NCBI GenBank assembly: GCA_016933575.1
Contig: JAFGAR010000040.1
Span: 64,001-128,000 of the forward strand
Direction of reading: 5' to 3'
DNA length: 64,000 bases
DNA from: Candidatus Thorarchaeota archaeon
GTDB taxonomy: Archaea > Asgardarchaeota > Thorarchaeia > Thorarchaeales > Thorarchaeaceae
This document shows positions 48,825 through 58,610 of this stretch, one piece after another; position 1 is the stretch's first letter, and each line of letters begins with the position of its first letter. The notes beneath the pieces were generated by a model. It was not told where the DNA came from. It saw nothing but the letters and a program-made list of their open reading frames with translations, and did no database searches. The position numbers and the translations under genes are program-made.

Positions 48825-49592
48825 TTGGAGAGCTTGCAATTGAATCTGTTCGATTCTCACACTCACATAGACATGAATCATTTCCAAAACGATCTTGAGA
48901 AGGTCATTCATAGAGCAAAAGAAGCTGGACTCGTGGGAATGGTCACTTCATCAATGGGACCAGGATCATTTCGAAGAACAATTGGTATCCAGAAAAAACA
49001 CCAGAATTTTGTCTTCCATTCGGCTGGAACTCCAGTCTCTCAGTTGACTAAAACTGATGCTGATAAAATAATAGAACTGACAAGAAAGTATGCAAAAGAT
49101 ATTGTTGCAATTGGGGAAGTGGGTCTTGATTATCATTGGATTAAAGACAGTCGAGGGCGAGAGGCACAGGAACCACTCTTTTCATTATTCATACAACTTG
49201 CAAAGGATCTTGACCGACCAATCGTTATTCATTCTCGAAAAGCAGAGGAACGTGCAACCGAGATTCTAGAAAAACAATTCAATGGTGATGTATTGATGCA
49301 CTGTTTTGATGGATCTGTTGAAATTGCACAACGTGTAAGTGACAATGGGTGGTACATCACACTCCCAGCAAATTTTGAGAGGTATCGAAACAGGAAACTG
49401 GCTGCAAAGATTGTACCGATTGAACAGATAATGCTTGAAACGGATGGTCCTTATCTCTCTCCTACCAGCGAGCGAAATGAACCTGCCAATATTAGATATG
49501 GTTGCGAAGCACTTAGTCGAGTCTTGGAGACCGATTTACTAAGTGTTGCTGAAATTACAACTGAAAATGCTAAGAGATTCTATAGACTATGA
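48825..49592 (+). CDS. tatD: TatD-family nuclease
   Basis: DSHTH, GEVGLDY, IHSR, HCF, ETDGPY. Confidence 0.93.
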   Translation: MESLQLNLFDSHTHIDMNHFQNDLEKVIHRAKEAGLVGMVTSSMGPGSFRRTIGIQKKHQNFVFHSAGTPVSQLTKTDADKIIELTRKYAKDIVAIGEVGLDYHWIKDSRGREAQEPLFSLFIQLAKDLDRPIVIHSRKAEERATEILEKQFNGDVLMHCFDGSVEIAQRVSDNGWYITLPANFERYRNRKLAAKIVPIEQIMLETDGPYLSPTSERNEPANIRYGCEALSRVLETDLLSVAEITTENAKRFYRL

Positions 49593-49629
49593 CCGATAGA
49601 GCCAAGTGTGTTCTCGTGAGTCTTCTTGT

Positions 49630-50421
49630 ATGCATTTACGGCGGTATATGGAAATCAACTCTAACTCACTAAAATCTCCCATTGCACTAGTTGGTCTTCC
49701 TGGAATCGCAAGTGTTGGAACAATTGCAATAGAGTCATTGTCACAAATTCTAGATGCGCAGCCTATGATGGATATTTACAGTACTGATTTTCCTCCAAGA
49801 ATACTAGTTCAGAAAGGCCTTACATTCATACCTAAATCGAGTGTTCTATTATACCGTGCCGCACCTGATGAACCTCATGACTTGATTTTTCTTACTGCAG
49901 ATTATCAGCCCTCATCTAGTGGTGGCGTATACGAATTTGCAGATTATGTAGCCCGAGAACTCAACAGCTTTGGCGTAAAGGAGATGTACGCACTAGCTGC
50001 ATATGAACAAGGATATGAGGAATACTTCAGTCATTTTCCAAATTCTCCTAGAATCTACGTTTCTGCAAGTTCTGAAGGTCTTCTGAAACGGGTATCTTCT
50101 GTAAATGGTACTATCATTACAGAGGATGGCTCAATTGTTGGCGCTAATGGTGTCATCCCTGTGTGGGCTTCTACAATGTACAATATGGAGAGTGCTTGTC
50201 TTCTTGGTGAGACACTTGGTGTGATAAAAGCCGATTATCGTGCCGCACAGCATCTTCTCGAAGTTATCATAAATCATCTACATATGAAGGTTGACCTCGA
50301 AAGCATGGAACCTCAGATTTCGAAAGTGCTGGAGTTTATAGAGTGGGCTCGTAGTGAGATTGCACAAAGAACTGATTCGCCTAGTGAGGATGATCTACCG
50401 TCTGATAGATACATTGGATAA
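49630..50421 (+). CDS. PAC2-family (proteasome assembly chaperone-like) protein
   Basis: GLPGIASVG, DFPP, GANG, CLLGET; ends YIG. Confidence 0.85.
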   Translation: MHLRRYMEINSNSLKSPIALVGLPGIASVGTIAIESLSQILDAQPMMDIYSTDFPPRILVQKGLTFIPKSSVLLYRAAPDEPHDLIFLTADYQPSSSGGVYEFADYVARELNSFGVKEMYALAAYEQGYEEYFSHFPNSPRIYVSASSEGLLKRVSSVNGTIITEDGSIVGANGVIPVWASTMYNMESACLLGETLGVIKADYRAAQHLLEVIINHLHMKVDLESMEPQISKVLEFIEWARSEIAQRTDSPSEDDLPSDRYIG

Positions 50422-50616
50422 TTATTCCACCATATCTGGATGGAGGATATCCGTTATCCAAGCTTGACTATCCAAATTGATATAGAAATAGTGGTCTTCG
50501 TGTTTCACCTTTACAGTATAAGGAAATCTTGATGCCTTCTTAATTACATCTGGAGGGACTTTTAGAACCGTTCGTTTTTCACAAACGGGACACTTGGCAT
50601 ATCGTTCAAACATCAT
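50422..50616 (-). CDS. Small putative Zn-binding protein (CxxC...HxxH)
   Basis: CPVC...KHEDHYFYINLD. Confidence 0.65.
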   Translation of the reverse strand: MMFERYAKCPVCEKRTVLKVPPDVIKKASRFPYTVKVKHEDHYFYINLDSQAWITDILHPDMVE

Positions 50617-50635
50617 AATGATCCCTCTGTGTGTT

Positions 50636-51040
50636 TCATTTGACCATTGAATCCTCACTAAGGATTAACATCGTATCATTTGAATCTGGCTTTTCTAGGG
50701 CATCAGTGAATATCTGGATCAATTCATCTGGAGCGTGTTGTGCGAATTCTTCTGAATCTGTTGCTACAATCCTTAGGTTCTCATACACACCCGATTCTGC
50801 TAGTACTCGAAATTCTGAATCACCATTTTTAATACGTAGAATTAGGAATTTGGCAAAGTCCTTAAATTCGCCCTTAGGTCCTCGTAATTTGCCTGGTATT
50901 CTCTCAATTCTGTTACTCGCTATCATATCTTTTAGCAAATATGCCCTAATGACTTGATTCCCTACCTTTCTGCGAATATCTATGAATTCATCTACATTTG
51001 AGTCTTCTTTGATTAGTTTCCATGTAGGTCCTGATATCAT
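50636..51040 (-). CDS. Hypothetical protein
   Basis: 134-aa ORF; SD GGTG. Confidence 0.7.
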   Translation of the reverse strand: MISGPTWKLIKEDSNVDEFIDIRRKVGNQVIRAYLLKDMIASNRIERIPGKLRGPKGEFKDFAKFLILRIKNGDSEFRVLAESGVYENLRIVATDSEEFAQHAPDELIQIFTDALEKPDSNDTMLILSEDSMVK

Positions 51041-51180
51041 CTAACACCGATATTTCATATTTCGGGAGTAAATATAGGGATTATCTGACTGTATATTACC
51101 CTGATAGAAGGCGCGGTAAAGCTTTATTTGTCAGGTAGTAATGAACTATCAGTTAGAAGGAATAGGATGGAACGAAAGCT

Positions 51181-51897
51181 ATGCAAACTGTAGACATGAT
51201 TATTCGAGAAGTACATGCAGGATTATGGTTTCTTGTTGTTGGATACTACTTCTTCATCTTTATCTTCCTGTTGTTCTTTAGATGGAGAAATACTAGAAAT
51301 CCCTTCCAGTTCGCTATGGCCATGTTCTTTCTGCTTCTTGCTATAGGCCGTTGTTTCTACTTCGTTGGTGACTTCTATGCTGATCCTAACAGTCTGATAA
51401 ACTTCATAGCACCCTATAATGTTCCGTTTCTTGGCGAGTCTCCATTCTGGCTTATGGCTGGATCTTTTATCCAATGGATTGCACTAGCAACACTCTCAGC
51501 TACAGCGGGTTTCATGATTTTTGGAAAGAGATGGGCTGAGATAGCATTTGCAGTTCCTGCAGTAGTCATTGCAATAATTCTTGGATTCATTTCATTAGAT
51601 TCCACTACAAGAGGTCTGCTCTCTGGTGGTGCAGGGGCTGTGTATGCTTTATTCATCCCACTTTTGTTCTGGTATCTTGCATGGCAATCTGGTGGGAAAT
51701 TACGCCGTTCCAATTTGCTCTTAGGATTAGGATTCTTTATTCTATTTGCAGGTCGTGTCATCCACGCGATTCGGTATCCAATGGCAGAAGCTCTATTCAA
51801 TAACTCGATAGCAATACCCGGCGTGATTGCACCTGGTCTTATTGTTATAGGATTAATCCTCATAGCCACTGGTAATGAATGGGGACAATCTGTCTAA
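51181..51897 (+). CDS. Integral membrane protein with about 7 TM helices
   Basis: Seven hydrophobic segments by eye. Confidence 0.78.
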   Translation: MQTVDMIIREVHAGLWFLVVGYYFFIFIFLLFFRWRNTRNPFQFAMAMFFLLLAIGRCFYFVGDFYADPNSLINFIAPYNVPFLGESPFWLMAGSFIQWIALATLSATAGFMIFGKRWAEIAFAVPAVVIAIILGFISLDSTTRGLLSGGAGAVYALFIPLLFWYLAWQSGGKLRRSNLLLGLGFFILFAGRVIHAIRYPMAEALFNNSIAIPGVIAPGLIVIGLILIATGNEWGQSV

Positions 51898-51960
51898 GCG
51901 AAATTAACCGGATTGTATCTGAAATTACGTTTCAGATGTGAAAACTTGTGGTTGAGAGAA

Positions 51961-52572
51961 TTAACCAATCTCTCGCCACTCGAGAATCCTCATATCTTCC
52001 AAGGTGTGTAGTGATTTCTGAACTTCTTTCATATGCTTACCAAGTTGGTCCGCGATATCAAGTGCAGTTAATTTTCCCTTACACATATTTGCGACATCAA
52101 AAGTTTCTTGGCTCATTTGCCCAAGTCTAACAAGCATGGGCGAGACTTTTCCTTTTAGGACTGGAACGACAATCTTGGTTTCAGATGCATGTCCGTTGCT
52201 TGTGATTTCATCTAATTTTTGATAGAATCTCTCAAAGGGTTCAAGGTTTCCATCCCACTCTTGTAGCATTGTACCATATATCTTGACAAACTCATTATTG
52301 ACTTCAGCAAGTACAGCCATTGCTGCATTTCCATCATCGACCTTGTCGACTATGGCAGCGACAATTACGTTATCCTTCAGAGAGAGGCAGATATCGAAGG
52401 CACCGAAATCGATTACATGTACTCTATTTCCATCACTCAGCTCTCGTCCAAACTGAATGAGTGCTGTAAGGAATCCGCTGATTAGATTCGGATCCATATC
52501 CGCTTCTCCATATTTGCGGTCCAGAACACATAGACCACTATCAGCGATCAATATGTATACAGCTTGAATCAA
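51961..52572 (-). CDS. Longin-domain + winged-helix protein (NPRL2-like architecture)
   Basis: MIQAVYIL..SGLCV...DPNLISGFLTAL...F...Y (longin); VPVL...G.LTALDIADQLG...V...L..LE (wHTH). Confidence 0.75.
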   Translation of the reverse strand: MIQAVYILIADSGLCVLDRKYGEADMDPNLISGFLTALIQFGRELSDGNRVHVIDFGAFDICLSLKDNVIVAAIVDKVDDGNAAMAVLAEVNNEFVKIYGTMLQEWDGNLEPFERFYQKLDEITSNGHASETKIVVPVLKGKVSPMLVRLGQMSQETFDVANMCKGKLTALDIADQLGKHMKEVQKSLHTLEDMRILEWREIG

Positions 52573-52691
52573 GGTGTGTATCTTCCTCTCTGAACTTTGA
52601 ATCGAATAGCTCGTTTGTCTTTATAGAACTTCGTGTGGCCTCCTAAATTGATTGGAGAGGTTTATCAAGACAGTTTCTTTTTGCAATATAG

Positions 52692-53399
52692 GTGAGTTCT
52701 TTGGATACAGCAAAGGATGCACGAATACTTGTGGCAGAAGACGCACTTCGTCGTCTCAATGAGATTGTTAATAATCGAAAATTGAAGCTCCATATTGAGT
52801 ATAACAAGATTGGAACAATCCTACACCAAGCTGGAAGTTACTTCTATGAAGTAAAATATTCATACGTTCCAGCAGAACAAGTGGCAAAACTTGAACCCAC
52901 ACAGAAGATTGTCGATGATATCATCGAGTTTAAGAAAATGGTCGAATCAGCCTTAAAATCAATTGGTTTCAAACCGTCCACAATAAAAGAAATTCTTGTC
53001 TTTGCAGAACTGAACTATTCATTTCGTACTATTGAAGGACTAAAAAGAAGACTTACAGAATTCGATGAAGAACCAGCATATGCTATTGATATTTTAGCTG
53101 TTGAGGTTTCGGAAGTAAAACCAGTTGAAGACTCCAAGAATCTAACCGAATGTCGTTGTACTGATGGAAAACGAATATGGAAAATTCTCACAAACATCGA
53201 AGGAGTCCAATCTGGAGAGATATATCCCTGTGCAGTTCTTCCACCTGTCGAGATGGTTGGTATTGTTAGTGAAGCGATGTTCCTTGGAGGCGAGCCATTA
53301 CCTGAAACTACAAATGTGGGACCTTTAACTCAACCATCAGCTTCTGTTCTAGATCAGGCTAGAGCTCAAGTCCTACATATCATAAAGAGGATGCAATAG
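52692..53399 (+). CDS. Archaeal tRNA-binding OB-fold protein
   Basis: DTAKDARILVAE N-terminus; ILTN...LPPVEMVGIVSEAMF. Confidence 0.8.
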   Translation: MSSLDTAKDARILVAEDALRRLNEIVNNRKLKLHIEYNKIGTILHQAGSYFYEVKYSYVPAEQVAKLEPTQKIVDDIIEFKKMVESALKSIGFKPSTIKEILVFAELNYSFRTIEGLKRRLTEFDEEPAYAIDILAVEVSEVKPVEDSKNLTECRCTDGKRIWKILTNIEGVQSGEIYPCAVLPPVEMVGIVSEAMFLGGEPLPETTNVGPLTQPSASVLDQARAQVLHIIKRMQ

Positions 53400-53738
53400 A
53401 TGCACTTGACTGAGATTCAGAAGAAATTGAAGTTGTTCGAAATAGAGCGAGGGTGGGACAAATTTCCCCCTTCACTTGTCTTTGCACATCTAATTGAAGA
53501 GCTAGGAGAAGTGTCTCGACATATCACAGTTGATGAAGGGTATAAGGTAATAGGGCTTGGACACGAGGCTCCCAAGAAATCGGATTTATCTCGCGAGTTT
53601 GCACAGGTTTTCATTCTCTTTACCCAATTAGCAAACCATTATGACATTGACCTCGAAGAAAGTATCCTCTCAGAACTAGTTATCATGGAAAAACGGTTTT
53701 CAGCTAAGGACTGGTCTGAACATATGAAGGACCGCTAG
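53400..53738 (+). CDS. MazG-like nucleotide pyrophosphohydrolase
   Basis: ERGWD, LIEELGEV, EFAQV..LAN.YDIDL. Confidence 0.8.
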   Translation: MHLTEIQKKLKLFEIERGWDKFPPSLVFAHLIEELGEVSRHITVDEGYKVIGLGHEAPKKSDLSREFAQVFILFTQLANHYDIDLEESILSELVIMEKRFSAKDWSEHMKDR

Positions 53739-53743
53739 CTTAA

Positions 53744-54175
53744 CTATCCCATCTTGCGACTTGCTTCAAGAGCTTTCTTTGCCATATCCTCTAGATCTTT
53801 GGTTGCTGCAAGAAGTCCTAGGGCCTTGTTTCTAACCTGAGTGATATTTTTCTCTTTAGCCCACTGAGCTAAGCCTGTAACAAGAGGACCAAGAGCAGTT
53901 CGAGCTGCTTCTACTGTACCTACTGCTTTACCAAGAAGCTCAACGCTATGTTTCTTATCCTTTCCTGCCTCAGCAACTCTCAACCAGACTAAAGCATGGA
54001 TCATATACAGTGCATCCAACATTAGTGTTGGCGATTTTGGATTGTCCTGAACCTTTTTCAGAAGTCTTTCTTGTCGATCTTCGAAAACATCTTTGAAATA
54101 ACTGAATGCCTTACCATCATTTCCTTTATCAAGTTCAATGATGCCTTTCTGTAGCTTCTCATCATGCTCTGACAA
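53744..54175 (-). CDS. Hypothetical helical (TPR-like) protein
   Basis: 143-aa ORF; SD AGGAG. Confidence 0.7.
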   Translation of the reverse strand: MSEHDEKLQKGIIELDKGNDGKAFSYFKDVFEDRQERLLKKVQDNPKSPTLMLDALYMIHALVWLRVAEAGKDKKHSVELLGKAVGTVEAARTALGPLVTGLAQWAKEKNITQVRNKALGLLAATKDLEDMAKKALEASRKMG

Positions 54176-54348
54176 TGTTGAAACACTCCTTGGTCTAACT
54201 ATCTACTTCAGTAAATCTCTAAGTATTTGTGTGTTATGACTTTCTATATCATATCTTAAAGGGTTGTATTTCCTTTTCTTAACTCACAACATCTTTATGC
54301 CGGTTATTTTCTTGACAACCTGTCGAATCTATGTTTGGAGGTTGTCGA

Positions 54349-55941
54349 ATGGTTAAGACCACTTTCACATTTGATGAATTGAAACGTACGAATCATAAAG
54401 AAATCAAAGAGATGCAGGACAGAAAATTCCGTGCATTTATTCGGTATCAAATCTGGCCTAATCATCCCTACTATCGACGACTATTCAAGGAAAACAATGT
54501 TGACCCATTCAATATTACATGTTTTGAAGATTGGGCAAAATACAACATTCCCCTTGTGAAAAAAACTGATTACAAAGATCATCTCACAGAATTTGTGCTT
54601 AATCCATCGCAAGTTGATGGAAAGGATCGTGATCCTGCAGATATTATAAAGAATATGCTTACTTATTCAAAGGAATCTGGCAATCAGGAACAATACAAAT
54701 TCATTCGGAACAATGGTGCACGAGTTAAGCTTCATCTTGGTGCAAAAGGTGCAATGGATCGATTAAAACAACGATTGACATATACTTATTCACCGCTTCA
54801 ATTCTGGCTCAGCTCAGGACGTGCCTCAGGACTTCCATCTCCAGTCTTTCTAACACGGTATGATAACATGCTTCTTGATCAAAATAGCATAAAATGTGGC
54901 CAACTAGCAATTGACAAGTTTGTCCAACAAGGTTGGGAGGCATCTTCAATGAATCTATTTCCTTATGCTCCTCACCTTGGATGGCATGCTGTCAATGCTG
55001 GCCTAAGACAGATCAGCAAATTCTACATCGCAACAAGTGCAGGTGGTGCAATACCCAGTGAGAAGCTCGTTGAGCTTGCAGGAGTATTCAAGGCAAATGC
55101 AATTACTGGAATGCCAAGCTATTTGCGAAATCGCTTCTTCAAAGCCATGGCCGAATCTAACTATAAGGCTCCGGAGAAGGTGGTAGTCCTCTTAGCTGGT
55201 GAAAAGATTTACCCCCGTGTTGCTGATGATATTGTTCAGACGCTTCATGACAAAGGTGCAAAAGATGTCCATCTCATTGGTGGTTATGCCTCATCTGAGA
55301 GTAAGGTTTCTTTTGCTGTGCAATGTGATTATCATGGGCCATACCACAATCTGTCCCCACTCATTATGTCTTGGGAATTCGTGCGGCTCAATGATGATGG
55401 AAGCTATGAGTTCGTAGATGAAGATGAACCCGGGCATACTGTTCTATTTCACCTTGATAGTACAGGAACTGTCTTTGAAGGATTCCTCTTGGGTGATGTA
55501 GCTACAAAACATGAAGCTGGTAAATGTCCAATTTGTGGTCTTGATGGCCAGTTCTTCTGGGATATTGGGAGAACAAATGATGCTCAGACTCAGCTAGAAG
55601 TCATGGGCCTCACCGAGAAAAAGATCAAAGGAGCCACTGTTAATCTCACAGCACTTCGGACAGATGTCCTTCAACTGGGAGAGGTGGAAGAAGTACAGAT
55701 TGAAGTTGCCAAGGAAAACATGTCAGATCCCTATAGCATGGATGTTTTGAATCTCTATATTGCTCCTAAAGGCCCTAAGAAATCAGACTATTCGTCATTG
55801 ATTGCCCAAATTCAAAAGATAACCAAAACGAGTACTGAGGTCACACCAAAAGTTGTGATTATTGGGTTTGAGGAATTGGTAGAGAAAGCTGGTGGTATGA
55901 AATTCATGGAAATCATCGATAGCCGACCAAAGCCTGCTTAG
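54349..55941 (+). CDS. Phenylacetate-CoA-ligase-like AMP-forming enzyme
   Basis: PYYRRLF, SSGRASG.P, GMPSY, AGE, YASSE, GD, GR, IKGATV. Confidence 0.75.
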   Translation: MVKTTFTFDELKRTNHKEIKEMQDRKFRAFIRYQIWPNHPYYRRLFKENNVDPFNITCFEDWAKYNIPLVKKTDYKDHLTEFVLNPSQVDGKDRDPADIIKNMLTYSKESGNQEQYKFIRNNGARVKLHLGAKGAMDRLKQRLTYTYSPLQFWLSSGRASGLPSPVFLTRYDNMLLDQNSIKCGQLAIDKFVQQGWEASSMNLFPYAPHLGWHAVNAGLRQISKFYIATSAGGAIPSEKLVELAGVFKANAITGMPSYLRNRFFKAMAESNYKAPEKVVVLLAGEKIYPRVADDIVQTLHDKGAKDVHLIGGYASSESKVSFAVQCDYHGPYHNLSPLIMSWEFVRLNDDGSYEFVDEDEPGHTVLFHLDSTGTVFEGFLLGDVATKHEAGKCPICGLDGQFFWDIGRTNDAQTQLEVMGLTEKKIKGATVNLTALRTDVLQLGEVEEVQIEVAKENMSDPYSMDVLNLYIAPKGPKKSDYSSLIAQIQKITKTSTEVTPKVVIIGFEELVEKAGGMKFMEIIDSRPKPA

Positions 55942-55975
55942 ATGAATACTCTGTGTAATTCAAAAGAGGAGTCAG

Positions 55976-56317
55976 CTAGACTGACTCCTTGAACCTACTT
56001 TTAATATCGGGGAGATTCAAGTACACCACAATTATTCCTGAAAGAATGGCACCAATCAGGTTGCTACCTAAAAGAAAGAGTATGCATCCAATGATATTGA
56101 GAATAAATGCCCAGGTCCAAGCATAATCCTGTAGTGTAAATAGACCATACGCAATAACAAGTCCAAACAGGCCAATAATTCCAAATGGAATTGCTACGAA
56201 CAATCCAAGTATCGGTAGTAAAAGCCAAACTGCCCCAACAAATAGAATCCCTAATGCCTGAAGTATTTGTAATCCTGCAAGCAACAATATGCCAAATGGT
56301 ACTCCATTATCGCTCAA
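55976..56317 (-). CDS. Small four-TM membrane protein
   Basis: P.GILLL...YGL...WAW...YL..PDIK.RF. Confidence 0.7.
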   Translation of the reverse strand: MSDNGVPFGILLLAGLQILQALGILFVGAVWLLLPILGLFVAIPFGIIGLFGLVIAYGLFTLQDYAWTWAFILNIIGCILFLLGSNLIGAILSGIIVVYLNLPDIKSRFKESV

Positions 56318-56365
56318 GGAAACTCACCTAACATTCATTCATCAATTTTCGAAGAAGTAGGAGAT

Positions 56366-56386
56366 GCCCAGGATAGACTCCTGGGC
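56366..56386 (-). terminator. Hairpin downstream of the arcE-like gene
   Basis: GCCCAGGA-tagac-TCCTGGGC. Confidence 0.5.
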
Positions 56387-56395
56387 TGAAGAACT

Positions 56396-57727
56396 CTACT
56401 TCAGTTTATGTTTTTTCACAAATTCTGTGAGCACATAAACCAGATCGGGTTTACCAATCTCTTGGAGATCGTATCTCACCCGTACACTTGGTTTATTGAT
56501 CCTGATGACACGGGTCAGATCTATTGGTGTGCCAATCACAACAGCATCTACATCAGAGTTATTGATCGTCTTTTGAAGTTCCTCCATCTGTTTCTTACCA
56601 TAGCCCATAGCTGGCAGTACATTTTCTAGATGGTAATACTTCTCAAAGGTGTCCTTAATACTTCCAACTGCAAATGGTCTTGGGTCAACAATGATTGCTC
56701 CAGCCTTTCTAGCAGCAATGAATCCTGCTCCGTAGGGCATCTCTCCATGAGTAACTGTCGGTCCATCTTCGACGACTATGACACGTTTTCCACGGATAGA
56801 TTCCATGTTCTCAATAGTGAGTGGCGAAGCTCCATCAATGATTATAGCATCAGGATTAACAGCCATTATGTTCTCTCTGACCTCTTCTACATCCTCATAA
56901 TCTGCAGTGTCGATTTTATTGATTATTACTACATCAGCCATTCTCAGGTTCGTTTCGCCTGGGTAGTAAGATATCTCATGACCAGGTCTGTGCGGGTCCG
57001 CGATGACGATCAGAAGGTCCGGTTTATAGAATGAGAAATCGTTATTACCGCCGTCCCATGTGATGACATCAGCTTCTTTCTCAGCCTGTTCGAGGATTTT
57101 GCCATAATCAACTCCTGCATAGAGGATTACACCCATGTTGATCATCGGTTCATACTCTTCACGTTCCTCGATTGTACATCTGTATTTGTCCATATCTTCA
57201 AGAGTTTCATATCTCTGGGCAATTTGAGATGTGAGGTCAGGATCATAAGGCATCGGATGCCGAATATTGACAGGCTTCAATCCCATGTCCACGAGAATTT
57301 GATTTACCCGTCTTGATGTCTGGCTCTTACCACAACCAGTTCGTACTGCACATATTGCAATGACTGGTTTCTTACTTTTAATCTCAGTATTCTTTGGTCC
57401 CATAAATCGTATATCTGGACCAAGTTTGTTTACCCACGCAATTTTGTGTCCAACCACTTCATAGGGAAGATCTGAATAGGCAAGTATGCATTGCTCCACA
57501 TCGAATTCCTTGATGAGCTCTGGCAATTTTTCTTCAGGATAGATCTTTATTCCCTTTGGGTAAAGAGGTCCTGAAAGTTCAGGGGGATACATTCTATCTC
57601 CAATTCCTGGAATCTGTTCAGCTGTGAACGCAACAACTTCATAGTTCTCATTCTTTCTGAAATACACATTGAAGTTATGAAAGTCACGTCCAGCAGCACC
57701 CATGATAATGACTTTTTTCTTACTCAT
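56396..57727 (-). CDS. arcE: Arginine synthetase ArcE / cyclic 2,3-diphosphoglycerate synthetase-like P-loop protein
   Basis: IMGAAGRDFHNFN, RTGCGKSQT, RHPMPY, TIEEREEYE, DGGNND, EDGPT.THG, LPAMGY. Confidence 0.8.
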   Translation of the reverse strand: MSKKKVIIMGAAGRDFHNFNVYFRKNENYEVVAFTAEQIPGIGDRMYPPELSGPLYPKGIKIYPEEKLPELIKEFDVEQCILAYSDLPYEVVGHKIAWVNKLGPDIRFMGPKNTEIKSKKPVIAICAVRTGCGKSQTSRRVNQILVDMGLKPVNIRHPMPYDPDLTSQIAQRYETLEDMDKYRCTIEEREEYEPMINMGVILYAGVDYGKILEQAEKEADVITWDGGNNDFSFYKPDLLIVIADPHRPGHEISYYPGETNLRMADVVIINKIDTADYEDVEEVRENIMAVNPDAIIIDGASPLTIENMESIRGKRVIVVEDGPTVTHGEMPYGAGFIAARKAGAIIVDPRPFAVGSIKDTFEKYYHLENVLPAMGYGKKQMEELQKTINNSDVDAVVIGTPIDLTRVIRINKPSVRVRYDLQEIGKPDLVYVLTEFVKKHKLK

Positions 57728-57899
57728 TTTCAAGTCCACACCTGAGTGATTGAGTTACTGGTTAGCTGACCTGATTCCGCGTTAAGTAATTGTTGGTCTA
57801 GTCATGAGTTTCTTGTACGTGTTCTCAATCTTGAAAAGATGCGTTGATGATTTGGTTTTTCGGTCAGTTTTACTAGAATGGATTAATATGTAAACGACA

Positions 57900-57949
57900 T
57901 TCGGAAAATCGTAGTGTAAATCTTCCGAAAGTTCTTTCGGAAAATCGTA
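57900..57949. promoter_or_regulatory. Putative operator: 14-bp direct repeat plus 9-bp inverted repeat
   Basis: TTCGGAAAATCGTA at 57900 and 57936; TTCCGAAAG-TT-CTTTCGGAA at 57923-57942, in a divergent promoter region. Confidence 0.65.
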
Positions 57950-58052
57950 CCATATATTTGAGCAATACAAACCATTAAATATGTGGTACGTAAAACTTAA
58001 TGGAAGTGTGCTCTTTGGAGCTCGCCGCCGGATTGATCAGTGGGGTGCATCG

Positions 58053-58604
58053 TTGAAGCTAGTTGAATTGGCTCAGGAATCAGTTAGGATTCTGAAGGAA
58101 GCAGGAGAAGAGGGATTAAAGAGCGAAATACTGGCTCAGCAACTTGATACACCTAAGCGTCGTGTATACGATGTTGTAGCTGTGTTGAAAGCTTTGGGTC
58201 AGATAAAGACGAGTCGTAAGTTTGATGGTACAACCATAATATGGATTGATCGATCAAAGGACTATGTATCTAAGACAGCTCATGAAGAATTACGCACTCA
58301 ATTGACCCAAGAGAATGAACAACGAAAAGACTTGCAGGTCGAAGTTGCTGAACTAAAGGAACAACTTCGAATAGCAAGATCAAAACTGCGTCGAGATTCT
58401 CAAGCTATTGAAATGGCTGAGAAGACAGAATTTCTTACAACACAGCTTCGGGTTCGTGCTCTCTCCAGTAATGGAATAAAACGTGTTGAGCATTCTGGAA
58501 TCGAAGTCCTCATTGAGACCCATGAATCTGGAATGGTTGTTGATCCATCTGAAGTTGAAGTTGATGAGAACGAAATCCTTCTCAAGAATCTACAACGCAT
58601 TTAG
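58053..58604 (+). CDS. E2F/DP-like winged-helix transcription factor with coiled coil
   Basis: LAQQLDTPKRRVYDVVAVLKALG...IIW (E2F/DP RRxYD signature) followed by a heptad segment; TTG start after GGGGTG. Confidence 0.8.
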   Translation: MKLVELAQESVRILKEAGEEGLKSEILAQQLDTPKRRVYDVVAVLKALGQIKTSRKFDGTTIIWIDRSKDYVSKTAHEELRTQLTQENEQRKDLQVEVAELKEQLRIARSKLRRDSQAIEMAEKTEFLTTQLRVRALSSNGIKRVEHSGIEVLIETHESGMVVDPSEVEVDENEILLKNLQRI

Positions 58605-58610
58605 AATCTC

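Noticed and set aside
51181-51897. Rhodopsin
   Set aside because: No Lys in the last TM helix and no retinal-pocket motifs
57900-57949. Mini CRISPR array
   Set aside because: Only two 14-bp repeats and no cas genes; fits an operator better
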